Shown: positions 23,872 through 37,826 of the stretch, piece after piece | Layout: each line of letters starts with the position of its first letter | Position numbering within the stretch: the stretch's first letter is position 1 | Translations under genes and position numbers: made by a program | Notes under the pieces: generated by a model | Told to the model about the DNA's origin: nothing | Seen by the model: the letters and a program-made list of their open reading frames with translations, nothing else | The model's database searches: none | NCBI RefSeq assembly: GCF_963921235.1 | Contig: NC_086097.1 | Span: forward strand, 128,962,001 to 129,026,000 | DNA length: 64,000 nucleotides | From: Mobula hypostoma | Lineage: Eukaryota | Direction of reading: 5' to 3'

Positions 23872-25149
23872 TAGTTCTAAATTTCCACACCATACCCAAT
23901 ATAATTGTCTGCTTATGGCCCTGAAGGAGTTCTCCAGTAGGGATAAATTAACAACTTTAGTTTTGGCTTATAAATGTAAAAATAGTTCATAACTGGAGGT
24001 AAGTTGACTCCATGACACATCGGTATTGCACAACTCATCCTTTTCTTGGTATGCACCTTTCTGAAGTTATTGCCTAAGCTGTCAATGCTGACAAAACATT
24101 AATTCCTGCTCTAACATTCATAATTAGCATTTTAAATTATTTGCATTCTGTGTAAAAGTAAAAAAATAAAACAACAAATGCAGGAAATTCTCAGCAAATC
24201 AGACAGTTGGCTCTGGAAGAAGAAACAGTGGTAATGTTTCAGCTCAGTCTCCATAAAACTTTCTCAGGCTTTTTATGGCCATCTCAGTACTTTGCTACAA
24301 TACAGATAAGAGTGCAGACAATTTCTACAAATTAAGTTCCTGCAAACAGCAATGGACTAATGACTAAGTAATTAATTGATGTGATGTATACTGAGGGACA
24401 AATACAGACATCAACACCAGGGATAATCCCAAATTATCCATCAAAATTGTAGCATGGAATGTCTTAACTCCACATTTGTGACCGTCCTGAAGTTAAGGGT
24501 GACACTCCAATGATTAACACTGATTCCAAATTGCACCGACCTGCAACGCCCAATGTTGAAAAATTTGACTTCGGAATATATTTGCCTCAACTTCCAATAA
24601 TATTGTCATGTTTATTTTTGCATTTTAATACAAGTTATGTATAATTTATGTTAATTTAAGTTTGAGTAATTTATGTTTGTCATACTTATAATATACTGTC
24701 CTGCTGATGCAAAAACCTAATTTCCGTGATGTTTATACTGAGGATATGTATGCCCATGACAATAAACTTGAATTATATTAACACTTCCAAATGTTTTCAA
24801 ATACACTATACATAGACATTAGCATTCTCTCTAAAATTATCATTATTTCTCTATTTTTAATAAATACCCTTCTAACTTTGCTCTCACTTGCTTCCACTAT
24901 GGACCCAGTCATGGCCCAAGTGAGGACTTTGTCTTTGCCTCTTGCAATGCCCCAGTTGTTCAGTTCTATCAGCTTCTCAAAGTTTTTCGTGAATGCTTCA
25001 CCAGAGATGAAGAATGCATGACTGATGCATAATCCCATTGACCTTTAGGTTTGTATTTTGTGGGCATGGCGTAAGTTGAATATTTTAATTTATAACATTA
25101 TTGTAATGGCAAAATAGAGAGAGAGAGACAAAGAGAGAAAGAATAAGAA

Positions 25150-25940
25150 CTCAGCTGGGCTGAAAAATGGCAGATAGAATTTAATCTGGAAAAGTGTGAA
25201 GCAATTCACTTTGAAAGGTCAAGCTTAGAGGTAGAATACAGGGTTAACAGCAGGATTCTTAGCAGTGTGAAGGAACAGAGGGATCTTGGGGTTCTTATCT
25301 GTAGATTCCTCAAAGTTGCAGTGATAGTTGATAGGGTGGTTAAGAAGGTGTATGGTGTGTTGGTCTTCATTAGTCAGTGGACTGAATTCAAAACCCACAA
25401 GGTAACATTGCAGTTCTATTAAACTCTGGTTAGAACACACTTGGAGTATTACGTTCTGTTCTGGTCACTTCAGTTTGAAAGGAAGCTTTAGAGAGAACGC
25501 AGAGGAAATTTAGTAGGGTGCTGTCTGGATTAGAAAGTATGTCTTGTGAGGATAGTTTGACTGAGCTGGTGGTTTTCTCCTTGGAGAGAATGAGGACGTG
25601 ATAGAGGTGACTTGATAGAAGAGTACAAGATGATAAGAGGCAAAGATAGAGTGGACAGCCAGACTTTTCCCCAGAGCAGAAAGGTATAACTTTAAAGTGT
25701 TTGGAGGAAAGCATAGAGGAGATGCCAGAGGTAGGTATTTTACATGGAGAGTGGTATAAGTGCATGGAATGCACAGCTAGGGACGTGCAGAGACACATAC
25801 AGTAGCGACTTTTGAGATGCTCTTAGACAAATTGAGGGCTATTTGGGAGGGAAGGTTTAGATTAATCGTGGAATAGGTTAAAGAGTTGGCACAACATTGA
25901 GGGCTGATGGGCCAGTACTGTGCTATATTCTATGTTTTCA
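25150..25940 (+). mobile_element. CR1 ORF2 3' fragment with tail
   Basis: tgggctgaaaaatggcagatagaatttaat (WAEKWQIEFN) through to the CR1 3' tail. Confidence 0.85.
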
Positions 25941-28129
25941 ACATAGTACCATGCCATACCACCTAGATCAATTGCCTAAGATAGAACAATATTGAAAAGT
26001 TAATTAAAGTAAAACAATTGTGTACTGTCTTTAGCATTCAGTTGTTCCCCATAAACAAGATGCTGAATAGAAAATGCCAGTTCATGGCATCCACATATGA
26101 AATGAACAATGGCACTGAGATCATCTAGGACAGAGTTTGAAGAGCCATCTACCATAGGACACTAAAAAGACACTTGTATCAACTGTTCTCAGAGTTTGAA
26201 ACTTCCAAGAGTAACCAAAAGCCATGCAAAGTAAGTGAGAAACCTGGTAATACATCAAAAGTCCTAGCATGAAGAAAATATTTCTGTTTAATGAATTCTC
26301 CAAAGCTGGGCTGAGCCCAAACTTGGTGAGAAACAGCCAGATATAAATTGTCTTACTTCACAATGAATAGGCAGCACTATAGCTTGGACCAGCCGAGTTA
26401 ATTCAACCAGTTTCTCATAACCGGAGCACACCGCCCATCATTCCTAACCTTATATGATTTAATAGTGTCTGCCTGTTGTTTCCTTCACTCTAATTTTCTT
26501 ACTAACTTGCTCTTTGATTGGGTTGAGTCATTCATTTTCAAATACCTCTTCATGGGAGGATATGTCTTGTATCGCCATATTCAGATCAAGTAAAAGAGAC
26601 CACTTGTCTTTTGGCTAACACAATATACTCAGGACTAGTGGAAAGATGAACAATAGTAGCTAAATCCTTTGTAGTTCCATGCCGGTGGAGTCACAGTTTC
26701 AATGTGACCCCATGTTCTTGTCAGATTAATGGCAGAAAGACACCCATTATGGAAATGGTCACTAAAAACTTTTGATAATTCAAAGAGCAGCTTCTATCCT
26801 GCAGCTGTTCTTCCAGTCTACCTCACTGTGGTACTTGCACTACATTTATTTACCTGCACTACACTTTCTCTGTAGCTGCTACACAGTCTTCTGCATTGTC
26901 TATCCTTTAACTATCCTGATGTATTTGCATGATTTGACTGGCATGCAAACAAAAGTGCAAACACCTTGGTACATGTGGCAATAGTAAAACCAATGCCAAT
27001 AACCACTGCCTGCTAAATATGGGGAAAAATCAATACTTGTGCAATGGCTAACTAGAGCCAGAATTAGAGGTAAAAGTATAAGCAGATAATGTTTAATCTT
27101 TCTAATGTAAAACATCTGAGGACTCAGATTCCTAACCACTGATTTCTCTAACTCTACTGTATACCTTAGTGTTTCTATCCAAGTATATAAATTTAGTCTA
27201 TTGTTTCAGAATTCTGCTGATTACATCAATATCTTGCCAAGTGATCTAACCTGTATGCATTCCATTTGTTCCCCACAAGGATTAATTTTAATGATTGCTT
27301 TTGCATGCTAAGGAGAGAGGCAAAGTATAGCAGATGTTCAGGTGCAAATTACAGATGTGCTGTGTACCTGGTCCCTGCTTGGTTTGAGGGGCCAATGAAC
27401 TATCAAGCCACAGAACCATGAGTCCATGAGACAAGTTTGTGAACAGCAGAGGACCTGGCACACATCTAAAATCTGTCCCATGACCAGCTGCTGTCCTGTT
27501 CCAAATACACAAGTATACCTTCCTGCATGTGACCAGAGTCTGGTCCGAATGAGTGAAATACACAAGAGATGAGGCTGTTGGGAATGAAGGAGGACTGAGT
27601 GAAGGCATGTATACCATACAATCACCAAAAAAATAAACATTGATCATGAAAGGCAGTTAACAAAGAAATTACTTTAAAGAACATGTCGGCATTAAACAGC
27701 AAAGAAGGTTAGAGGGTAAATGAAGAAAGGTCCTTGCAATTATGAAGGGGTTGACAGGTATGCATTCAGTATATATAGTTGAAAGAAATGCAAATCTGTG
27801 TGTCAGAAATATTAAATAGATGCTAATAAATTCAATAAAGAACTAAATCAGAATTCACCCAATCAAACCGTATCTGCAGAAAGAGAAAGCAGTTAATGCT
27901 TTCAGTGAATGACCCTTCCTCAGATCGTGTGGAAAGTGGATGGTTTACCAAATGACTTTAAATATCGATTGGTTTCACATTTCATAGATGTGCTTGACTG
28001 GATGAGTTCTTCCAACACTTGTTTATGTTGCAAGTTCCAGGATCAGTGGTGTTACTTGTTGTCCAAGAAGGAATTAAGGATAAATTTCTTCAACTTGGGA
28101 ATGGTAAGAATGTGGACATTGCTATGAGA

Positions 28130-28715
28130 AGGGGGGAAAATGTGTGGTAGTTCGGGAAAGCGTTCAATCCCTATAGGAACCCAAAAGGAAATCTATCTGA
28201 GGAGCCAGGGGACATAAGAGAAATCCTAAATGAGTACTTTTTCACGGTATTCAACAGGAGGAAAAATGCGGAGGATTGAGAGACTGTGCTGATATTCTGG
28301 AACATCTCTATGTCATGAAGAAGGAAGTGTGAGAGATATCGGTACATATTTAGGTGGTTCAATTCCAGGGCAGAATGGGACCAATCCCAGTATGCTACGG
28401 GAAGCAAGGGGGGACATTTTTCAGACTCTAACGGATTTCATTACCCAAAGGTGAGGTACCAGTGAGTGGCAAATTGTCAGTGGTTTTCCCTTATTCAAAA
28501 AAATCAATAGCGATAAGCCAAGAAACTGCAGGGCAGTGAGCCTTACATCAATAGGAGAGAAATGACTAGAAAAAAAACATTCTAAGGGATAGGTCTTAAG
28601 TTCACTTGGAAAGGTGGGGATTAGTTAGGAAGAGTCAACTAGAAGACACAGATGACATGGATGAGTTGAGCTGAAGGATTCATTTCTGTGTTGTACAATT
28701 CTGACTCTATCTACA
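28130..28715 (+). mobile_element. CR1 ORF2 internal fragment with tail
   Basis: EILNEYFFTVF-like and KPRNCRAVSLTS-like remnants. Confidence 0.7.
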
Positions 28716-29000
28716 GGCAAGAAATGATGACAGAGAAAATAATGAAATGATTTGCTAATGGTTTGATGTATGTGTGGTGGGAGCAGGCTTCTTTGGAAAT
28801 GCTGTAGACCAACTGGTCTGAATGAGCTGCCTCTGCAGTTCAATGTAAATAAAGACTGACCCAACAGACTTGTTCAGACTGAAGTTACTACTGAGTTGTG
28901 AAAGCTAAGAAGTTCAAATCAAGCCAGCTATCATAAAGTTAAAGCTGATGATGCTGTAACAAAGGGTGTGATCATTGCACAATTATTAAGCCATCACCAG

Positions 29001-29385
29001 TCATCTGGTAGCTTCTCCGCCTCCACGTCTGAAGGTTGAGAGTTCACATCCCACTCCCGAAACAAAGAATGAGGCTGATACTGAGGGAGTGCTGCATCGT
29101 TGCTTCTGGCTCCAACGCTGACTGAAGCCCTTACTGCACTCAAAGGGTGACACAGATAAGGTTTTCTGAAGAGGCGAAGGAGAATTACATCCTTTAAATC
29201 CTTTACGTTTCACCAAAAGCAAACTAGTTGATCCTGCTCATATCACTGCAGCTGGGAGCTTGTTGTGTGCAAATTGATTGCTACATTTCCCATACTACAT
29301 CAGTGACTACAATTCAACAGTATGTCCTTTATGCACTTTGAAGATGTGGAGGCCGCTGATAAATAAAAGGCTTTCTTTGTCTTTG
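29001..29385 (+). mobile_element. DeuSINE-like (SacSINE1-type) tRNA-derived SINE
   Basis: tRNA-like head, tactgagggagtgctgca, tgggagcttgttgtgtgcaaattgattgc and (CTTT)-like tail, matching the family as recalled. Confidence 0.65.
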
Positions 29386-31099
29386 CAGAGCATGCCAGCT
29401 AAAGTTATGAATTAAGTGGACTTCTTTGCAACAGACTGGTCATTTATAATATAGTATAATAAACAAATTTGAAAATCATGAGTCAAGTTCTGTAAAGGGT
29501 GCACACCTGTGTGGATTAACTGCATGCCCCAAGGTGTTGTAATGAATACCAATAAGTGAGTAAGAGACATTGTGCGACTTTCTTGACAGGCAGAAAAAAT
29601 TAATTATGCCAACAATACTTTACCAATTTTCTTATATTTTCTTTGCACATAAGATTTATTCATGCATTTGCAAAACACAGCCTGGAAAATAGTGTGTCTC
29701 ATATTAATCAAACACTGCAGACAAATAACTAATCCCTTCGCCAAAGGGCCTGGCTTCAGTTTTGATATTATTACAATTGCAATGGAATTCAAATAAAGCT
29801 AAGCAGCAAAATGCAGATTAGACAAGACGCAGTCACTACCCACAGATGTTTTTTTTTGCCTTACAATACATGTAAATTGTGAACATCAAAACCTCACAAT
29901 GTGTTAATTTTCCTTCATGAAACTTTTAGCAAGTGCACTTAACTTCTGCAATTGAATGTTGAAGAAGAAAGGAAAAAGGAATCATAGCCTTTTGATCCGT
30001 TAAACAGTGCATCACAGATTTGTCGAAAGGCCTGTAAGAGCAGCTTTATTATGGAGGGCCTGCATAATTAGATTATTTGGATTTAACCAAATTATACAGT
30101 TGTTAGGTTCGAGCAAGCACTCTCGTGGATTAAGAGTTAAGCAAATGGTTTTGTAACTTCACAAGTAGGTCATTATTATTAAACCAATGATGAGAAGTGG
30201 CAACTAAGTTATCCCGTGCTGTTTTGTCAACTGAACACCTGGATGCAGTCTTCAACCAATAGTTCTCAAGTTGCTTGTATGTTAAAAAGGTAAGAATTGG
30301 TAATATATTTTGAGTCATGGAGTCATACAACAAGGAAAGAGGCAATTCAGCCCAATATTTTAAAAACAAGTTTACGAAGCAGGTGAAATAACTTTCATTA
30401 CACTGTTATGTATTTTACTTCTCTTTTGGAAATGTATTCGAATGCACCTTTTGCAAAAGTAGCAGGCTAATTTTGGCCTATGTTACCTCAGACCTAGTGC
30501 CATTATTATGACAAAGAAGAAATCTTCCGAGGCTGGAAGTCTGAAATAAAAGCAGGTCAGACAGCATCTGTGGAGAGAAGAAGAGAATTAATGTTTCAGG
30601 TCCAAGATTCTTTATCAGATCTTCATCCTGAAACATTAGCTGTCTTTTTCTCCAAATGCTGCATGAGTTGTTGACTGTTTCTGGTTTTATTTCACAATAA
30701 TTAATCCATTAAACTAGTAACAATTTCTGTATTTAATCACGTGGGATTAAGACAGAAAATCTGAAAATTGCTATCAGTAATTTAATGCTCTTCTGTAGCT
30801 TATACCTTTTGCAGTTTTTCTAGAACATTCCACCAAATTAAACATGCAAGTTCCTCCAGCATTTTGTGTGTGTTGCTCGGATTTCCAGCATCTGCAGATT
30901 TTCACTTGTATGTAAACGCCAGATTCATTTGAAAAAAACACATTAAAATATCCTGAAACTCTTACTCAATATTAGACGATGGTCAAATGTCCTTGAAGTA
31001 TAGTTAGTCAGAAATGCTGCTCAGCAAACTATCTGGTCCTAAATAGCAATTTCAACAGTGTACTGCAATTCCCCGACAGGTTTTGCAAAATAAAAATTG

Positions 31100-31545
31100 G
31101 TCATTGGTAATTGAGTCATTATTATCACTTGCGCCGAAACACACCATCGAGGTTTTGTTAGCATGCTATCCAGACAGGTCATCGCAAACAGAAGTACATC
31201 AAGGAGATACAAAAGGGGAACCAGTAAAAGAATGCAGAATATAGGATTAGGGTTTCATTTACAGAGGAAGTGCAGCACACGTAGACAAATAAGTCGCAAA
31301 AGTCACGATGAGGTAGAATGAGAAATCAGGAGATCATCATTGCGAAACAAGAGATTTGTTCAAGAGTCTTGTATCAGCAGGATAGAAGCTGTCCAAGCTG
31401 GTGGTATGTGTTTCCTAAGCTTTTGTATCTTCTGCCTGATGAAATGGGGGAGAAGAGGGAATGACTGAGATAGGAGGGGTCTTTGATTATGCTGGCTGGT
31501 TTGCCAAGTACGGACAGTGTCAATAGGGGGGAGGCTGGCTTTCAA
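31100..31545 (-). mobile_element. Rex1-type 3' fragment
   Basis: Similar to 33410-34015 and 46730-47270. Confidence 0.65.
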
Positions 31546-32806
31546 AACAATGTAAAGATTTTTTAGTTTTTTTCATAGTTTATTTCCAAGATCTTATCTT
31601 GATTGAATTTGGCAATGACATAATTAACAATTGGGCTTTTAGTTTCCTGCCTTTGTGAGTATTTCTGTTGTTTAACATGATTGCAAATTTGATGACGGCA
31701 TGGCTGCAGATCACCAGAGATCATTTTGATGTGGTGCCTGACAGTAGCAGGTATCTCACCAGTGGAAGTTCAGTCTGCAGAGACCTTTTCATAGTTGCAA
31801 GGGCAGTGGTGAGGTCCGCTGTCCTACCACTGACTACAAGTTCTCATCGACTGATTTACATCATCTTTCATGTGTGCAGCTTGTTTCTTTTTGCTTCAGA
31901 TGAATAAAACCTGAACAAGACAGCATATTTTTAGTTCACCAGTAAGACATCGGTAAAATTCAATCCAGCTGAAAATAGGTGTTCACAGGGCTAGCCCGCA
32001 CATCGGCTGTGCAGCGAATCGCCAGTGGGGTACAAAGCATGAGTGACTTTGTTCCTGAGCTCTGCGCATTGCAATGCAGAAGTGAAGAACTATCTGGAGA
32101 TCAGATTCCAGAATATCGGCTTTATTATTTATTTACTTACCAGGATGCAGTGCAGAATAGGCCCTTCCAGTCCTTCAAGCTGCGCCGCCCAGCAAACCCC
32201 AATTTACCCGTAGCCTAAACACAGGACAATTTACAATGACCAATTAACCTACCAGCTGGTACGTCTTTGGAGTGTGGGAGGAAACCGGAGCACTCGGAGG
32301 AAACCCACGCTACCACGGGGAGAATGTACATATAGACAGCAGCAGGAATCCAAATTCCTACTCCCAAACTGGAATCAGCACCGAGTCCAAGTGCAAGTAG
32401 GTGTATTTTTATAAATTAGTTAGCATCATAACGTTAGAGTTAAAGACATTCAGAACTAATAAAGACCCTTCAGCTCATTAAGTCTGTCCCAACCATCCAC
32501 AACCCATTTACACTCATATCAACTCCATTTCTTATTCACCGCACTTTCTCATAAGCCACCTTCAGATTCCCATCACTCTACAGAACACAAGGTCAGTCCA
32601 CAGTGGTCAATCAACTTACCAACCTGCTTGTCTTTGGGATGTGGCAGAAAACTGGATAAACCAGAGGAAACACATGTGGTCACAGAGAGAACATGCAAAC
32701 TTCATACAAATAGCACTGAAGGTCAGGGTTGAGCCTTGGTCATCAATGCTCCGAGGCAGTGGCTCTACTCATTAAGGATATTTAAGGGCAACGTAATGTT
32801 TTAAGT

Positions 32807-33349
32807 CAGGGGTCCCCAACCTTTTTTGCACCACGGACTGGTTTAATATTGGCAATATTCTTGTGGCCCGGCCGACGGAGGCGCGGGGGGGTTCAAGTAG
32901 GGTTGCCAACTTTCTCACTCCCAAATAAGGGACAAAAGTAGCAGTCAAATACAGGACATTTGTGTTTGCCCCGAGAAAGACTACCATGACCATGAAGCTT
33001 TGTGCGGGCCCCTGTGTGCGCATGCGTGTACGTGCCGATTTTTTTTTACAAATCTGTTTTGGCTTAATCTTCCTGATTCTGTTAAGTGAAACTACACTGT
33101 ACATACATTATTTCCACTTTATATAGGCTGTGTATTCATCATATCATTCCTGCTTTTACTATATGTTAGTGTTATTTTAGGTTATATGTGTTATTCGGTA
33201 TGATTTGGTAGGTTATTTCAAGTTCAACAGTGCGTGACAGGGAATGAGGAAAGGTGCAGCTGACTCGTATTGTTTCTTATCGCCAAATCATATCGTTTCC
33301 TCGTGGCCCGGTAGCACATGCTTTGCTGCCCGGTGGTTGGAGACCACTG
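32807..33349. mobile_element. hAT (Charlie-type) non-autonomous element with a nested second hAT-like fragment
   Basis: TIRs caggggtccccaacc / ggttggagaccactg; perfect 8-bp TSD ttttaagt (32799-32806, 33350-33357); internal tagggttgcca terminus at 32898. Confidence 0.85.
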
Positions 33350-33409
33350 TTTTAAGTTAACCATGGGCTCAAATACGCTTTGAAATATTTTTAATAATTT
33401 AAATCTGTT

Positions 33410-34015
33410 CCAACCATTGCAGCTGAAGTTTGCTTATTATTGTCACATATACCAAGACACAATGAAAAACCTTGGTTTACATGCCGTCCATACAGATGAT
33501 CTCAAAGTAGGAGTACATTCAGGGAAAGCAATTACTGGACGTAGAATATTGTGTTATAGTTACAAGGAAAGGGCAGTGCAGGTAGACAATATGGGGCTGG
33601 AGCTGTGATGAGTCAGACTATGAGGTCAAGAGTTCATATTTAACATGCAAGAGGTACGTTGAAGAGTTTTATAGCAGTGGGATAGAAGCTGCCCTTGTGC
33701 CTGGTGGCTCATGTTTTCAAGCCTTTGGATCTTCTGCCTAATGGAATGAGAAGAAAGAGAATGGCTGAGGTGGATGCTTTTCTGAGATAGTGAGAAATGT
33801 GGACAGGCTCAATGGAAGGGAGGCTGGTTTGCATGATAGACTGGGCCATGTTCACAACTCTCTGCAGTTTACTGCCGTCTTGGACAGAGCAGTTGCCATA
33901 CCAAGGTGTGGTGCATCTGGATAGAATGCCTTCTCTGATGTATCTGTAAAAATCAGTGATGCATCTGTAAAAACTGGTGAGGATCAACAGAGGCACGCTG
34001 AATTTCCTTTGTTTA
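33410..34015 (-). mobile_element. Rex1-type 3' fragment
   Basis: FYRYIREGILSRCTTPWYGNCSVQDGSKLQRVVNMAQSI. Confidence 0.8.
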
Positions 34016-35014
34016 AATATCTCATCAGAAGCATTTAAGGACAGGTGAGAAGGAGTTTCGGAGAACAAGCTGAAAGGGAGGTCTGAGGATTTGCCATCTG
34101 AAGCCTAGTCATTCCTTCAGCTCTGTAGGAGGCCATAACTGCAAGGTGAGAAGGAAGCTTCCATCAGCACAGTCACCTGAGCGCCAGAAAGCACACACAG
34201 CAAGCAGAACGACCCATCCACATCCAGTACAATTAGGCCCATTTGTTTTGCTTTATGAATGTCATATGTGTTTTTGAAAATCCTCATAGGGACTACCAAA
34301 CAATAGATGGTGTAAAAAGGCGGAAGCCTTACACTGTGAGTGGTGACAGGGGAAAAACTAAGAAGTCTTAGCGAAACACAAAAGGAAGGTTATGTTATCA
34401 CTAAAGAAGTAACTTGGGTAATGTCCGAACTGGCCTATAATTGATATCATTTGAACAGTTTCAACTGTTGTTGAACTTTAAATAGTTTGACTATTGATCC
34501 TTTGGAAATATTTTTGATAACAAAAAATAATTAATTTTTTTGCAAACACATTTAGAAAATTACAAAGCATCCCAGAAATGAAACAAAAGAAAACTAAAAA
34601 TTTCAGACCTTATCAAACCAGAATCAGGAATTGATTCAGTCTCTCTCTCTCTCTCTCTCAGTCTCTTGACAGCAAGACATTGAGGTCACTTCTATAGCAA
34701 GGAGATGAAATTCCATTTCAGCACAGCTATTCTGCTACACAATACACTGTAGCGTGCTGACACCACATTGATAGACAGGAGACCATGGTGTTCATTGGTA
34801 TTATTTAGTACATACAAAAACCTGACTATATCAATTAGCAATTAAAATATGCTAGAATAAAATGGATCAAATTTCTAATGGATTTCTCCATGAGGTTGGT
34901 GACTTCCACACATTTCTATGTGGAGTAAACAAAGAATATTATAACATAGTGCTGTAGATCCTTTCTCCATTGAATTGCTAAAGGCCACATTGTAATACAA
35001 TAGCATCAAGCTAT

Positions 35015-36220
35015 AGAATAATACAACACAAAAACACACTCTTCAACCCAACTCATCCATGCTGATCAAGATGCCCATCTAAGCTAGCCCCATTCTCCTC
35101 AGTTAGGGCCCATATCTTTCCCTGTCTCTTACTTCTATAAACCTTTCCTATCTATATCAACCCACACAAAACGCTGAAGGAACTCAGCAGGTCAGGCAGC
35201 ATCTATAGAAATGAATAAACAGTCGACATTTCAGGCCGAGACGCTTTTTCAGGGCTGAGAAGGAACGGGGAAGATGCCAGAGCAAAAAGGTGGTGGGAGG
35301 GGAAGGAGGCTAACTGGAAGGTGTTAGGTGAAGGCAGGTGGCTGAGTAAGATCAAGGGCTGGAGAAGAAGGAGTCTGATTTTTGGCGGATGGAGCCAAAA
35401 ATGTTCCTATCCATACACCTGTCTAAATAACCTTTAAATATTGTCATTGTATCTGCCTCAACCACTTCTTACGGCGGTTCATTTCAGTTATACCATCCTC
35501 TGCATGAAGGAGTTAACACCCTCTTTTCCAGTTCCTTTTACATCTTCCCCATCTTACATTAAACTTTTGCCAAATCATTTTTCTTTCCCTTTCCCTGGGA
35601 AAAAAAGACTGTGTCCATTCACCCTATGTTCCTCATGATTTTAAATCACTCCTCTGTCTCATATGTTCTAAGGAATAAAGTCCTCACCAGCCAACCTGCC
35701 CCTATAACTCAGGCCCTTGAGACCTGGCAACATTCTTGTAAATCATCTTTACACTCTTTGCAACTTAGTGATGTCCATTCCATTACAGGGTAACATAAAA
35801 CTGTATATAAAATTCCAGGAGACACCGGAGACTGCAGATGCTGGAATCTGGAGCTACACACAAAGCACTGGAGAAACTCATTGTGGGTCTGATAGCACCC
35901 AGATGAAGAATCACAACCTGAAACATTAACTGACCATTTCCCCACAGGGACGCTGCCTGGCACAATGAGTTCCTCTAGTGCTATGTATGTTGTTGCAATA
36001 CTCCCAAGTGTGGCATTACCAACGTTGGCAATATAAACAAAGTCTAAGTACATAATGCTCTGGTTGATAAAGGCCTCTGTGGCAATTGCCTTCTGCAGCA
36101 CACTGTCTACCTGTGCTGCCATTTTCAGGGAACTAAGAAAATGTACTCCTAAGTCCCACTGCATCCTATCAATGTCCCTTTGTAACCTACGACAACATTC
36201 TACACTATCCACAACAACCC
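35015..36220 (-). mobile_element. CR1 3' fragment interrupted by Penelope pieces (~35160-35380 and ~35815-36000)
   Basis: VVDSVECCRRLQRDIDRMQ remnant; Penelope terminal motifs. Confidence 0.75.
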
Positions 36221-37826
36221 ATAAAATCATAGAACACTACAGCACAGAAACAGGCCCTTTGCCCATCTAGTCCATACTGAACCATTAATCTGTCTTGTCC
36301 CATGGACCTGCACCCGGAGCATGACCGTCCATAACCCCTTCACATCCACATACCTATCCAAATTTCTCTTAAGTGTTGAAATTGAACCCGCATCCACCAC
36401 TTACGTTGGCAGGTCGTTCCATACTCACACCACCATCTGATTGAAGTATTTTTCCTCACATGTTCCCCTTAAACATTTTATCTTTCACCCTTAACCCATG
36501 GTCTCTGGTTCAAGTCTCACCCAACTTCAGAGGAAATGGTCTGCTTGCATTTATCCTATCTATACCTCTCATAATTTCGTATAGCCCAATCAAATCTCCC
36601 CTCAATCTTCCACGTTCTAGAGAATAAAGTCCGAATCTATTCAACCTTTCCATATAATTCAGGTCCTCAAGTCCCAGCAACATCTTTGCAGATTTTCTCT
36701 GCACTCTTTCAATCTTATTTACATCTTTCCTGTAGTTAGGTGACCAAAACTGCACACGATACTCCAAATTAGGCCCCAACAATGTCTTATACAACTTCAT
36801 GAAGGCCAATATGCCAAAGGCTTTTTTTACGGCCCCAACTACCTGTGGAGCCATTTTCGAGAAATTATGGATCTGTATTCCCAGTTCCCTCTGTTCTACT
36901 GCACTCCTCAAAGCCCTACTGCTTTCCATATAAGACCTACCCTGGTTACTCCTCCCACAGTGCAACATCTCACATTTGTCTGCATTAAATTCCATCTGCC
37001 ATTTTTCAGCCCATTTGTCTAGCTGGTCCACATCACTCTGCAAGCTCTGATAGTCTTCCTCACTGTTCACGACAGCCACAGTCTGGGTGCCATCTGCAAA
37101 TTTGCTGATCCAGTTAGCATATTACCGTCCTGATCGTTGAGATGAATGATAAATATCTGACCCAGCACCGATCCCTACAGCACACCATTAGTCACAGGAC
37201 TCCAGTCACAAAGGCAACCATCTACTGCCACTCTCTGGTTTCTCCCATAAAGCCAATGTCTAATCCAATTGACTATCTGATTTTGAGTGCCAAGCACTGA
37301 ACCTTCTTGATCAACCTCCCATCCATGACCTTGTCAAATGCCTCGCTGAAGTCCATGTAGATAACATCCACTGCTTTGTCTTCATCAACTTTCTTGGTAG
37401 CTTCCTCAAAACTCTATAAGATTGGTTAGACACAACCTACCATACACAAAGCCATGTTGACAAACCCTTCAGTCCTTATCTATCCAAATACATATACTAG
37501 TCCCTTAGAATATCTTCCAATAACTTTCTCACTACCGATGCCAGGCTCACTGGCCTATAATTTCAAGCTTAATGTTAGAGTCTTTCTTAAACAATGGGAC
37601 AACATTATCTATCCTCCAGTCATCCGGCACCTCAGCCATGGCTAAAGATGTTTTAAATATCTCTGCTAGTGCCCCTGCAAATTCTGCACTAGATTCCCAC
37701 ATGGTCCAATGGAACACTTTGTTGAGCTCTAGGGATTTATCCACCCAACTTTGCCTCGAGACAGCAAACATTTCCTGCTCTCTAACCATGACCTTTCTGC
37801 TGCTTTCACTTCCCTCAATTCTATGG

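Noticed and set aside
24778..25038. Overlapping ORFs on both strands in unique sequence
   Set aside because: No convincing splice-site pair or recognisable homology
31760..31910. Minus-strand segment with plausible splice sites
   Set aside because: Stop codons in all three frames
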